Source: Girardia tigrina
Lineage: Eukaryota
Direction: 5' to 3'
Assembly: GCA_001938485.1 (NCBI GenBank)
Contig: MQRK01225091.1
Location: 1 to 64,000, forward strand
Length of the DNA: 64,000 nucleotides
The notes under the pieces were generated by a model, which saw only the letters and a program-made list of their open reading frames with translations, was not told the DNA's origin and ran no database searches. This document shows positions 51,515 to 63,869 of this stretch, in pieces. Positions within the stretch are counted from its first letter, which is position 1; every line of letters starts with the position of its first letter. Position numbers and translations under genes: made by a program.

Positions 51515-51815
51515 AATTGTATTAAGAACATTTAAACACGTCTCATTTGAATTTTTATTGCAATTACATTTAGAGTCATTAATTGCAATAATTTTACTAA
51601 AAAAAATATTAAACTTAATTTTAATTTCGAAATTAACGATATGAACTTATCAAATGATTATTTTAATTATGTTGGAATAGTCAATCACTTAAATTTAATA
51701 AAAAATACCAATTTCCATCTGGGTGTGAGAATCACCATTCTAAATTCAACATACTTAAATCAACATACATCATCCATACATTTACACATTCAAACAATTT
51801 AAAATATTCCTCACA
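51515..51815 (-). repeat. TGTGAGG-family copy G
   Basis: tgtgaggaatattttaaatt...gtgattctcacacccagatggaaattgg; ORF remnant NDSKCNCNKNSNETCLNVLN. Confidence 0.7.
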
Positions 51816-53849
51816 AATTGAATATATTTTGTTATGAAAAATTGTGTTTTTGTTTAACAAAATGCTTGTAAAAGATTAAGATAATACCAATTAACATTTT
51901 ATTAATATTGAATACAATATTAATTTTGAATGTTTCGTTTTAGAATATCGCAAAGAAAATTTTAATTAGTAATATTAAATTGATATTTTACAATAATTTT
52001 ATGTGATAAAATCTTTCTAATTAAAGTAAAACTTAAGAAATAATTCAATATTTTTATTTTTACAGATCACGGATACATATTGATACGCTGTCGAAATCAT
52101 CATGGGCTCTGCTACGGGGTAAACCTATTAATTTATCAAGATCGAATATAACTGACTTTCAATTTATTGAATTTCTGTTTATACTGATTATATCAATTAT
52201 ATTTCAAACTTTATTTTTATATTATTTTAAATCATCAGCAGACATAACACAATATTGCTTTCTTTCACAAATGCTGTTCAACTTTTTTCTTGAAAGAATT
52301 GTTATTGGAAGCAATATATGACCTGAATGATGTTGGAATAAGGTGCGTTGGAACGAAAGTAATCAACCAACAAGTTGTGGACAACGTAGGACAAACTGGC
52401 AAAGACAAGATAGAGAATCAAGAATTTATTAACAGATTGCACAAATTGTTCAAGGAATTTTGAATAGAAATCAACAAAATAAACAAAATAATGATCTTAA
52501 AAGCTGTAACAACAAGGTCAAACTTAAGATACATTTTGAAATGTAGATATAAAGAGTTTAAAATATGTAAGCTCTACCAGTGATAATAAATTAAAACTTT
52601 TGTTTCCATGTGGTCAGACCGTGGGATTATGGTCGAATCCCTATGCAAACTTATTTTAGAAATAGCTTTAAAATATTTTACGGTATGTTTAGAGTCCGAT
52701 TGCTGTTTCGCATGCCCCTGTATTTGGGTACTGTTTAAGATTTTTAAGTCATTATTAATTTATCCTTTTCCGCGGTACACCTATTAGAAAAGATTGATAT
52801 AATTTATATTATAAATAAAGATAAATAGTAAGGCACTACATTAATTAAATCTTTTAATTGTTTTAGAAGTCATTTTGATTTCACAACTGTGCAGACTTTC
52901 AACTCATTCGAACCATTGAAAGTGCTATACAATTTGTTTGCCATATTTTTAGTTAATATTGAAAGAAGTGAGTGAAATATAAGCATGATATAAAAAAATA
53001 AAGAATTCGTTCCACAGTCTAACTGCAGATTAATACTTTATTCTTTTATTGTATAAAAAAAATCTTAACTAGGTTAATCCAACTAAGTATTTACTGGATT
53101 AACCTTTTTAAGACGATTAAAAAAAACAAATGTAACGAATAAATGTAAATAAAATATGAATCTAGCTTTAACGGTTAACGCTTTAATTTATACAACAGTA
53201 CTCACAAAGTAGTAAACAATCGGATATTCTTAATCAGTTCTGAACTCCCTTTCCTTAACAGACCGTTACAAAAACTTGGATCCCCTTCCCCCTCTTGAGG
53301 TAACATAGTAGATACCTTTTCCATATAAAAATAATAGGTCAACCTCATTATCATAAAATGGTCGGCAGTCTATTAAATAGACTTAATATACTTCAAAAAT
53401 TTACCAATAAAATCTAAATTTATATAAAAATTGACCAATAAAACAACAATTAACTTTTAATTAAAAGTAGACCATACATGACCAAAATATAAGTAGAAAA
53501 CATTACCATTAAAAATCGTTAATTTAACTAAAAGTAAATTTTAACATTTTCAACATCGAAATTTTTTTTAGAGAAGATAAAAAGAGAAAATATCTTTTGG
53601 GAGAAATTTTTTTATCTAAAATAAAACTTCGCTCAACAGAAGTGCTTGGGTATGGAGCTGTCATTAAAAGCACATACATTTAAGGAGATATTTGTTGATT
53701 TGGCACTTCCCACGACAAAAAATATCATTTTTGACAATCTCTTGATTTCAATTGACAATTGCTTGATTTCAGTTGGGTTTTCTTCAAAATTTTTAATTTC
53801 GAGCTACAGTTGTGAATAAAAAAGTTTATATATTTGTTTTCGTTCAGTA

Positions 53850-54230
53850 AATGAACAATCCGATCGTATTCTAGTATGATTTGAACCAATTAAAATGTTA
53901 AATTATCAACTGAAATGGCTTTTTTGACATTTTGTACAATTTTTCCATCTTCTTCGAAATTCTTGACTTTTTCACGAATTTCAAGCAATTACACTGAACA
54001 ATTATGAACTGCATTCATCCATGTACCCCACTTTGTAACAAAATCTGGTGGCTTCTCAACGTCTACAGATTTATCTGAACATTTACTATTTTAGAGCATA
54101 TCAAAAAATCAACGCCTTTGAATTTCAAGCAAATTTTCATACAGCAGTTGTGCAATAGTTTGGAGATACATGTGATATGGACCATTTCTGAATACATTTT
54201 CTTCTGAATTTCAGTGGCCAAAATATTTTC
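53850..54230 (-). pseudogene. hAT-like transposase fragment
   Basis: VEKPPDFVTKWGTWMNAV resembles the PPxxxxTRWGTWL block of hAT/CGGBP-type transposases. Confidence 0.45.
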
Positions 54231-54637
54231 AAAATATTTACTGATCTAAGGACTATTTTTATTTTCTCAAATCAAATTTTTCAGTTTTTACAACTTTTCT
54301 AATTCACTTTTTCAAATAAAATTTGACTTAAAATCTAAAATTTAACGTAATAGACCAAACAAAAGTTTCTCCCAATACTAAAAAAAGCATATTTAGCAAC
54401 TAAATTTATATTTTTATGCATTTTTATTAGAAATTAAAAAAAATCACTTTATTGGTTGCCCTTTTTTGGGTGGATTTTAACTGTTAATTAATTATAAAAA
54501 TATTAGGGACCTGGCTTTTAATAGGATATAGCAAGGTTAGGGTTATATCAATCACAGTTTTAAAAACAAAATAAAATTTTTGTTAACGAGACTTTTTCTT
54601 GAATTAAAAAAGGGCAAATAAAGAAAATATTTGTATC

Positions 54638-56062
54638 ATGAATAAATTCCTGTTTAAATCACGAAAACAGATGAATCAAAACGATATTAGCGATAATTGT
54701 AATAATTGGGCGAGCAANNNNNNNNNNNNNNNNNNNNNNNNNNNNNNNNNNNNNNNNNNNNNNNNNNNNNNNNNNNNNNNNNNNNNNNNNNNNNNNNNNN
54801 NNNNNNNNNNNNNNNNNNNNNNNNNNNNNNNNNNNNNNNNNNNNNNNNNNNNNNNNNNNNNNNNNNNNNNNNNNNNNNNNNNNNNNNNNNNNNNNNNNNN
54901 NNNNNNNNNNNNNNNNNNNNNNNNNNNNNNNNNNNNNNNNNNNNNNNNNNNNNNNNNNNNNNNNNNNNNNNNNNNNNNNNNNNNNNNNNNNNNNNNNNNN
55001 NNNNNNNNNNNNNNNNNNNNNNNNNNNNNNNNNNNNNNNNNNNNNNNNNNNNNNNNNNNNNNNNNNNNNNNNNNNNNNNNNNNNNNNNNNNNNNNNNNNN
55101 NNNNNNNNNNNNNNNNNNNNNNNNNNNNNNNNNNNNNNNNNNNNNNNNNNNNNNNNNNNNNNNNNNNNNNNNNNNNNNNNNNNNNNNNNNNNNNNNNNNN
55201 NNNNNNNNNNNNNNNNNNNNNNNNNNNNNNNNNNNNNNNNNNNNNNNNNNNNNNNNNNNNNNNNNNNNNNNNNNNNNNNNNNNNNNNNNNNNNNNNNNNN
55301 NNNNNNNNNNNNNNNNNNNNNNNNNNNNNNNNNNNNNNNNNNNNNNNNNNNNNNNNNNNNNNNNNNNNNNNNNNNNNNNNNNNNNNNNNNNNNNNNNNNN
55401 NNNNNNNNNNNNNNNNNNNNNNNNNNNNNNNNNNNNNNNNNNNNNNNNNNNNNNNNNNNNNNNNNNNNNNNNNNNNNNNNNNNNNNNNNNNNNNNNNNNA
55501 GCTTTTGGACTACTCGATTATTCCAGACAGTCCATTGCCTTCTAAAGCTATACCTTGTCCGGATAAAAAAGATAAAAACATTTCCTCCAACATCAATGAT
55601 AGAACCATTGATTTTTCACGTGAAAACTTTGACAGTCCATTAAGAAAGAATAATTCTTGTATACTGAATCAAGCTGTGATTCTTGAATCACCCAATACAA
55701 TATCCGACTTAGATGATTCTTCTTATGTCTTCAAAACACTTCAGAAACCGGTCAGGTCGGCCGTAAACAAATCGAATGTGAATGATGTATCTTATATCTG
55801 TTCACCTATTGTACGTCAACGATTTAAAGCGATGTCTAATTCTAACGGTCACAGTTATGAGAATGAATCTGACGCAATTAGTTTCCTTAATTCATCAATG
55901 CTGACAGAAGTATCAAGCTTATGCTTTCAAAAATACAAATGCCTTAAAGTACTCGGAGAAGGAGGATATAGCAAGGTGTTTGAAGCTATCAAATTAAGAA
56001 CCTCTGCGGAGATACAACAAGCCCTATATATAAGTAAACATTTATCTATAAAACTACTTTAA
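54638..56062 (+). CDS. Protein kinase gene fragment (Ser-rich N-terminal region plus kinase subdomain I); partly in N gap, possibly truncated
   Basis: Open frame 55500-56062 ends FQKYKCLKVLGEGGYSKVFEAIK (GxGxxS Gly-rich loop). No downstream catalytic motifs were found. Frame continuity across the ~780-nt gap is unverified. Confidence 0.6.
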   Translation: MNKFLFKSRKQMNQNDISDNCNNWASXXXXXXXXXXXXXXXXXXXXXXXXXXXXXXXXXXXXXXXXXXXXXXXXXXXXXXXXXXXXXXXXXXXXXXXXXXXXXXXXXXXXXXXXXXXXXXXXXXXXXXXXXXXXXXXXXXXXXXXXXXXXXXXXXXXXXXXXXXXXXXXXXXXXXXXXXXXXXXXXXXXXXXXXXXXXXXXXXXXXXXXXXXXXXXXXXXXXXXXXXXXXXXXXXXXXXXXXXXXXXXXXXXXXXXXXXXXXXXXXXXXXXXXXXXXXXXXXXXXXXXLLDYSIIPDSPLPSKAIPCPDKKDKNISSNINDRTIDFSRENFDSPLRKNNSCILNQAVILESPNTISDLDDSSYVFKTLQKPVRSAVNKSNVNDVSYICSPIVRQRFKAMSNSNGHSYENESDAISFLNSSMLTEVSSLCFQKYKCLKVLGEGGYSKVFEAIKLRTSAEIQQALYISKHLSIKLL

Positions 56063-56920
56063 ATCATCGAAATTTCTTATAAGCAATTTTATTATAAAAT
56101 AGTTAAGTATTTTATTTACAAACTTCTGATGTAAAAGAAATATTTAATTTATTTTTATTATAATATTTTTTTAAATAAAATCGAATTTAATTAAATTATA
56201 TTTGGAAAATTAATTTCATTTATCACTTGAGATATTTATTTCATTTTTATGATTTCATTTATTTCCTAAATGCTTGACATTTAAATATTATATATTTCAT
56301 TTTTAACAGAAACCACGACGTAATTAAAACTTGACTAATTAAAATATTTAATTATGTCAATAATTAAAATTAAAAATATTTTTGTTGAAAAATAAATTTA
56401 AAATTTTTAAAATTGGATTTTTTTCATATTCCCCTGTTTTATAAAAAAATATTTAAAGGTAATGGAGTAATAGACAAATAAATTATGTAAAATGTTATAT
56501 ATATACATATATATATATATATATGATTGTGTGTATTTATATATAAACAAAATATAAATGAACAAAATACACATCCATAAATTTATAAATAATTTAAATA
56601 CTTATGTTAAATTTTTCTTTTTTATAGTTCAATTAAGTTTGATAAAGAAGAAAAAGTAAAATAATATTTTTTTCAAAATATATTTTTAACAGAAGCTCGG
56701 ACATTCATTTCAGAAAGTGAAAAGAAGTAATTAAATGGAGAATGCATTAAAATAAATTGGATAATAAGTTATCAAATTATTTAAGTCATTCATGAATAAT
56801 TTAACTTTCTTTATTTTATCTTTTTTTAAAATAAAGGTAATTTTTTTTAGTTAAAATTTGTTAAATTATTAAAATAAATGTTTTAACCTTTAATAAATAA
56901 ATTTGTTTTAAATATAATTA

Positions 56921-58204
56921 TTAGGTGTATAACTTAGTTTGTGGATTTTTTTGCAGAACAGACAAGTTTATTTATATGACATAATAAGTTTTATTCTAAT
57001 CAAAATATTTTCCATAGTTTATTATGACTTTCGACATTCTTGCAGGCAAATTATGAATTCCATTGAAAAAAAAGTTTTGGTCTTTTGATGCGATCCATTG
57101 TTCCAGTTATTTTTTATATGTTCCTGGTTTCTGAAGTGCTGGTCCCGAAGAGCGCTTTGCATTGATCGGAACAGACGATAATCTGATGGGGCACAATCTG
57201 GTGAATAGGCAGCATGCGGTAGAATTTCCCATTTAAGTGCTTCCAAAGTGTTTTTTATTTGTTTTGCGACATGTGGCCGAGCATTGTCATGGAGCAAAAT
57301 CACTTGCGCTGTTTGTTGGCTGGAATAGGACGTTTTTCCTTCAATGCATCGTTCAATTTCATTAACTGTTGTTGGTAACGTTCTGCATTAACAGTTTCAT
57401 TCGAATTCAGCAGCTCATAGTACAGTACACCTTTCTGATCCCACCAAATGCACAACATAACCTTGCTTCCATGAATGTTTCTTTTTGCTGTTGACGTGGA
57501 CGGTTCGCCGGGATGATTCCACGATTTCTTGCGTTTAGAGTTAACATAATAAATCCATTTTTCATCTCCAGTCACAATATTATGCAAAAACGACCACCTT
57601 CGTTGTCTTGTAAGCAATGAATTGAATATCAGTAATCGACTTTCAATGTTGGCTTGATTCAATTCATGTGGTATCCATTTTCCTTCTTTTTGAATCATTT
57701 TCATAGCATGTAGACGTTTACTTATGGCTGCTTGAGTAACATTTAACTGTTTTGCAAACTCTTTCTCTGTTTGAGTAGAATCTTCCTTCAGTAATGATTC
57801 CAAATCTTCATCTTCGAATCTTTTTGGTTGACCAGAACGCTCTTTGTCACTTACGTCAAAATCTCCACTTTTGAAACGTTAATACCAGTTCTCGAAAGTC
57901 TGTTGAGTTGGTGCATGTTGACCATAAGTTTCTTCAAGAAGCCGAAAACTGTCTGCAGCTTTTTTCTTGTGATTAAATCAAAACAGTAGTGCTTCCCGCA
58001 AATGCTGTTTTGTTGGTATGAAAGTTGTCATGCTAAAACGTGATTAAAAATATGTTTATGACGCATTTAAGGTCAATGACTTATTTAATTTTAATGCCTC
58101 GATTTCAGCACTTTAAAAATCTGTACGTACGACTGTAAAATAATGCTTATTACAAATGTTACACCATCTCTTAGAAAATCCAAAAAACTAAGTTATTCAC
58201 CTAA
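56921..58204 (-). mobile_element. Mos1-like mariner, full-length, disrupted transposase about 56996-58031
   Basis: TIRs ttaggtgtataacttagtttgtggatttt / aaaatccaaaaaactaagttattcacctaa with TA TSD. MTTFIPTKQHLREALLF, WIPHEL, IVTGDEKWIYY, VMLCIWWDQKGVLYYELL, LLHDNARPH and YSPDCAPSDY are present, with stops and frameshifts. Confidence 0.95.
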
Positions 58205-58581
58205 TAATATATTATTCAAACAAATCAGAATTCATCCATTAAATGACAGATTTCATAAGAAATTAGACAGTGTTTGCTTACTGCGGCTAAAATTCAAATC
58301 AAATTTTATTTTTGTAAAAAAAGAAGAGTATTTAAATGTATTTTATAAGTTTCGAAAATATTAAAGTATATTTTTTATAATAGATTTTTGTCTGGGATGT
58401 TTAATATAATGAACTTTTAAATTAAATTTATTTTTTACAATTTGATAAAAAATTTTATTATTTGGAGTTCTTATAAAGAAATGGTTAAAATTATTAATAT
58501 TAATAAATATTTATGGACAAAAAATATTTTATTAAGATTTAGAAATTTTTTTCGAATAATCATTATTAAAAATAAAGAAAT

Positions 58582-58718
58582 AAAAAAAACCAATTAGAAC
58601 GATGTCAAACTGTGAACGATCTTCCAATAGTTGTGATGACTGTAAATGTGATAATAATAATTGTTCAAATAAAATTATTTCTGTGCTCCTACTCTCATCG
58701 ATTACTTTAATAATCTAA
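58582..58718 (+). repeat. Partial TGTGAGG-family copy I (ORF part only)
   Basis: ORF 58602-58718 MSNCERSSNSCDDCKCDNNNCSNKIISVLLLSSITLII*. Confidence 0.6.
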
Positions 58719-59862
58719 AAAGTGCTAGATTATTCATTGCCTAAATAATTAATTTAAATTACATATATTTAAATTCAAAGAATCAAGATTTTAATAACAA
58801 ATTTAATTAGAAATAAAAACTATTAACCAAATAGTTATTTTTTAATATTTTATCGCAATTTTCCTGAATTTCCCGTGGGCGAATAGTGGGAGACAAGTTT
58901 TCTGAATTGCCTAATAAAAAAATAATAAAAAAAATAATTTTGACGAGGACAAATTCTTTGGATCCCTGTGAAGGAGTAACATCTCTACAATCCGCATTGT
59001 TAGGATTGTCTTGTAAAGGTTCTTTTTGTATTTTGTATTTGGGATGTTGTTTTTGTATTGTCCCTTTAACAAGGTGGATGATTTTTTGGATTATTCGGAC
59101 AATATTTTTATTAAATCGCAAAGTAAAATCACTAAATTACAAATTATTTCTAATTAAGTATGGGATGTTCATTATATTTTTTACTTTATAAAAGACAAAT
59201 TAAATGATATTTTAGTTGCGAAATAATTTTTAATGTATTAAATGTGTTAAATATTTAAATAAAAATTATAATGCAAACATTGTTCAAATAATCAGTTCTT
59301 TGAATGACATTCTTAATTTATCAATCTAGAACGATGCATGTTCGCGATGTGATTTTCTTTGTCACTGACTTGAGCCCACTGTCGTAATTATATTATAGTA
59401 TCAAGTAAGTAAACTGTTTTTTTACAAGTAAATTTATCATTTGTAATTGAATCAAACGATTTAATGCTTGCTTATTTCTATTAATTAAAAAATGGCAGAT
59501 GCCAAAACTAAAAACAAAACATTATCAAAAGAATAAAATCTTTATCTTTGTGAGCGTTGCCTTTTCTGATTACCCGATCGATAATCGATCGAATTTGTTT
59601 TAGTTTTCAGTTGTTTAAAACGATCAGATGTGGTAAAAATAAAATGGCAAACATTAAAACTTGGATTACGTGTTATTTATTTTGATTAAATTATTTTCAA
59701 TTTAATCAACGCGTTTAATAAATTCAATCGCGTTTAATAAAGTAAATGTAATTAAAGTTAAATTTTTCCGTCAAACTCTTATACGAATTAAGTAAACAAA
59801 CTGAACAATCAAATATTTGTCGATTTTATTTTATTACGATCCTAAACGATATAATCGAATTA

Positions 59863-60681
59863 TTGATGAATTATTCGAACACGGAATTCAATTTGTGTTT
59901 ATTGTCGGTTTTGTTTTCGTATTTCTCCAATGCAAAGAACTTCAAAGACATTTTGATGAAAATAACTCACGTAATTTTATGCGCTAAATCGATTGAGAAC
60001 ATTTTCAAAATGATACAAATAATCTCTCAAAAATTCTCTTTGGAAAAAAGTAAAATATACCATTTGGAACTGTTAAAAATTATCGCTAATTTCACAACCG
60101 ATATCGACGAATTATTAGAAAAATCGATAATTATTTGTGTGCTTAATTTAAAAGTAATCGATATCAATGTCTTAGACGTTCTAAATCACTTCTTCTCTCA
60201 ACTGATGAAATTTTTAACTGAAAAAGAATTTTCTGCAATCAAAGCTGAAAATGACGTTAAAAACCTTCCTCTGATATGAAACAATGCAGGCTTATGAGAG
60301 TTTTGTTAATAATTGTCATGAGAACAATTCAAGTTGCATCATTAATAACATGTTGAAAACATTAATTTTCGTAATAAGCTGCATTTTAAAGGGACCTTCG
60401 GCTACAACAGAGCACCTTGAAGCCCAAAATAAACACATATTTGTTTGGATTTATAAACTATTATTGCAGCTTAAAGATTCCCATGAAAATCATATATAAT
60501 CCTTCAAGTTCGTAAACATCCAGATTAAATACAAGCACAGAAACTACTATTTTAGTAGAAGGTCACTTCTCGTTGTCTGATTTACATCGTGGAATCTAAC
60601 AAAGCAATTAAAGCTATTTGAAGTTAGGGAAATATTCCCTGTGTATTATGAAACTTTTGTCTTCAAAAATTGCTTCTAAAG
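59863..60681 (+). pseudogene. Unidentified disrupted ORF (Leu/Ile-rich, probably alpha-helical), possibly a host-gene exon
   Basis: Consecutive same-strand ORFs 59863-60279, 60284-60499 and 60618 onward, with a possible donor AAAG|gtaagc at 60681. The upstream region is CpG-rich. Confidence 0.35.
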
Positions 60682-62713
60682 GTAAGCGTACAAAATATGA
60701 AACGCAACTGTGTGAAACTCTATGTCCTTGGATATTTATTATGTTTAATTGTTTTTTAATTTTTTTTTCATTGTTTCGCCTACATTACCTTTATTTGTGA
60801 TTAAAACGGACAAAACTTTGATGTGGCATTCATTATGAACAGTATTGTCTATGATTAAATTATGAAAACTTTTGAACTTATAAATATGATATGTGAAGAA
60901 TTTAAAAGGAATTAGAATAATAAAATGAAGTAAAAAATGAATTATTAGAATCTTTACTTTTAACCTAAATAATTTATTATTCCCTTTTTGGATTTATTCC
61001 CTTATTTTTACAATTATATTTCCTACAATGAAATGAGAGGACAATAACTCGTCATTGTTTCATAGTTGATAATGATATAAAAGTATATTTTTTCATTAAA
61101 CTACAAATTTTCTCAAGTATTGTTGAGTACTGAGAGAAGAACTCGTTTGTTAGGCCTAAAGAATCTAGTTGTCTTATGTCTAAACTATTATTGACAAAAG
61201 CAATGTTGGTTCTACAACATTGACACACAACTTCCCATCATTAGAATATTTTTTTATAATTTACAAATTCATTTTCCAAGTAAACGTCGGTCACAGAATT
61301 TTAAGAAATTATAAAATTAACTTCCATAAACATTTATTTATTTATTTGCACGTTGATTCTTGATTACTAAAAACTGTGATTAATAAATTTATAAAATAAT
61401 ATTTCCTTAAATTATGATGAGACGTTTGTCAATTTTCATTCCACTGTTATATTGAGATTTAAATAAGATTATATTTTTAATTTATAATAATTTATAAGGT
61501 TAATTTTTTTTAAATTTATATTAAAAACTTTTACAAATTTTCTGTGTTTTGATAGACTTCTCCTTTATTGTTTTTGGATTTTTAAAAGGTCAATGGACGA
61601 ACCACCTGTCGACGTTCTACTACATACAAATTTAGGGTTATTGAAAACTAACTACTTATTATAAAATAACTGTTTTAGAGCTATCATCTTTGGCTCCTTG
61701 ATTAATTTCCTAAATGATAGTGTAGTGACCTACTACTTATATTTTTATCTCTATAAATAACAATATACTTTATATAGTATAAATTATATGATATAAATTA
61801 TATTATAAAATATTGATTGAATAATTGATTGGAAGAATTAAAAAGTGCAAACATAAGCGTTTCCGACAAAAAAATTTGGATTAATTTTGATCTGTTGCTG
61901 TAAACTGAAAGTTTATTCATCCGTACAGAAGAACAGAGTGAAGTCCAATTGCAAATTAATTAACAGAAAAACCATTTGAAAACTACAATTCAAAAACAAT
62001 TTCACAACAACATTACTACATAGAACCTCAATTTCTACAATTCCGTTGTTATCCATCTTCGTCTTTTTCAATCAACAAACAGAATCTCAACAAATAATTT
62101 TCTCCCTTTTGTGATGACTTCTATGATTTTTCAGTAAGTCATTTATATTTGTTTATAGTGGATTAAAATAAAAATTTATTATATTTATTTATTTATCTAC
62201 TTTTTTTCGTTAAAAGAGATCATTGAAACATCCGTTTCAGTTAGCTCTTTTACAGACAGAATGGCCTATCAAGAGTTTTTCCGAAAAATAATAATAATTG
62301 AAAAATAATAATCCCCATCTCGCGCTTCACAACCATAAATAATAGCCCTAAGGAAGACGTTTCTCTTTATCTAGAGATTCTTTCACACAACATCGTATTG
62401 TTTATTACTTTTACATTATATACATTATACATTTGTTATTATACATTTGTTATTTATGTACTTTGCTCTCAGACTTTTGGCCAATACTGTATATATATTC
62501 TAATAATTTATAAGCACTCAGAGCAAAGCAACCCTAAGTAACTGTAATTAATAATTGAAATATAATTTATACGGTTAATAAATACCATATTACACGGATA
62601 TAGAGAATATATTACAGATAAAGAGAACGCTGAGATCGCTCGCAAAACAATAGGATCTCGGGCTAATTGGGGACCGGTCCGGTATCCCCTTAGGCGAGGT
62701 TCGCGTTTTGGTT

Positions 62714-63869
62714 TAAAGGTCTGTACATTGAATGTGCGTGGTTTCTATGATGAAAAAGTTTTCAGCGTCATAAAAACTTTTGAAAAACTAAATGCTGATG
62801 TAGCTATCATGACAGAAACACATAAATGGGGCCACGGGACGGAAAAGTACGATAAGTTGACCCTTTACAACAACGGTCACCAATTGGACAGAAAAGGGAA
62901 AAGGGGTTGGTCTACTGACCAGACTGCCTACAGTTGAATATGAATACAAAGGTACACATGCTGTTTACACAGATACCTTCTGTGTCCAATCATCTCATGG
63001 TTGGTTACTATCAAAAGCTTTTCGAAACTCGCCTGCTCAACCAGTGGACAGATAGGATTCGATACCCTGGATAATGCTGCGTTAGTGTTGACTCTTCTGA
63101 AAAGGTTTAAATAAAGCTTGTTATATCGCAGCTGAGTAATGGGAAGGCGCCCGGATCGAATAGAGTGATTGCTGAAGTTTTAAAGTTGGGTGAGCTGAAA
63201 AAGTTCACTCGCTGAAAAACTGAAGCTTGATTTTGAACTAATATGGAACGGTGTTCAAGAATTTCCACCAGCTTGGAGGAGAGCTAAAGTGGTGACATTA
63301 TTCAAAGGGAAAGGTACAAGATCCGACCCGAACAACGATAGGGGTATCTTTCTCATAGAAGTTAATGGTAGGGTTTTTGCGCGAATCATCGTAAATATAA
63401 TCCTACTGATTATGGAAGAAAGACTAGATCCCTGGCAATTTGGTTTTAGCCAAAAAGAGGCACGTTGCAGGCCATTAGTGTACTCAGGCGTATGCAGGAA
63501 ACATTTCGATACAGGAACCAAAAGGTATATGTAATCTTCATTGATTTGGAAAAGGTATTTGACAGTGTCCCGGTTGAAGTTCTGTGGGCTTGCCTAAAAA
63601 GATTCATTTTAACCGACAAGATTGTCTGTCTTATCAAAGAAGTTCATCAGATTGTTATTGCGACTGTAGGAAACAGTAATTTTCCCATTGAAAAAGTTGT
63701 TAAGCAGGGATGTGTAATGGGACCTAGTTTATTCAACTTCGTCTTCGATGAAGTGATCAAAACGACTATACTGAAAAGATTCAGAGGTGTCATCTTGATC
63801 GATGAGCAAGGCACTGAATTTCAAATGAACAGACTTGTATATGTAGATGATCTCTGTTTCATCGAATAG
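62714..63869 (+). mobile_element. RTE-clade non-LTR retrotransposon relic (APE endonuclease fragment plus RT), internally deleted
   Basis: LKVCTLNVRGF...ADVAIMTETHKWGHG (APE). RT motifs NGKAPG, VVTLFKGKGTRSDPNNDRGIFL, QFGF, FIDLEKVFDSVP, VKQGCVMGPSLFN and YVDDL. Confidence 0.9.

Noticed and set aside
52190-52225. Minus-strand CTGATGA...GAAA as a hammerhead
   Set aside because: Helices I and II do not pair; probably chance in AT-rich DNA.
54534-54545. ggttagggtta telomeric repeat
   Set aside because: Fewer than two full units; insufficient.
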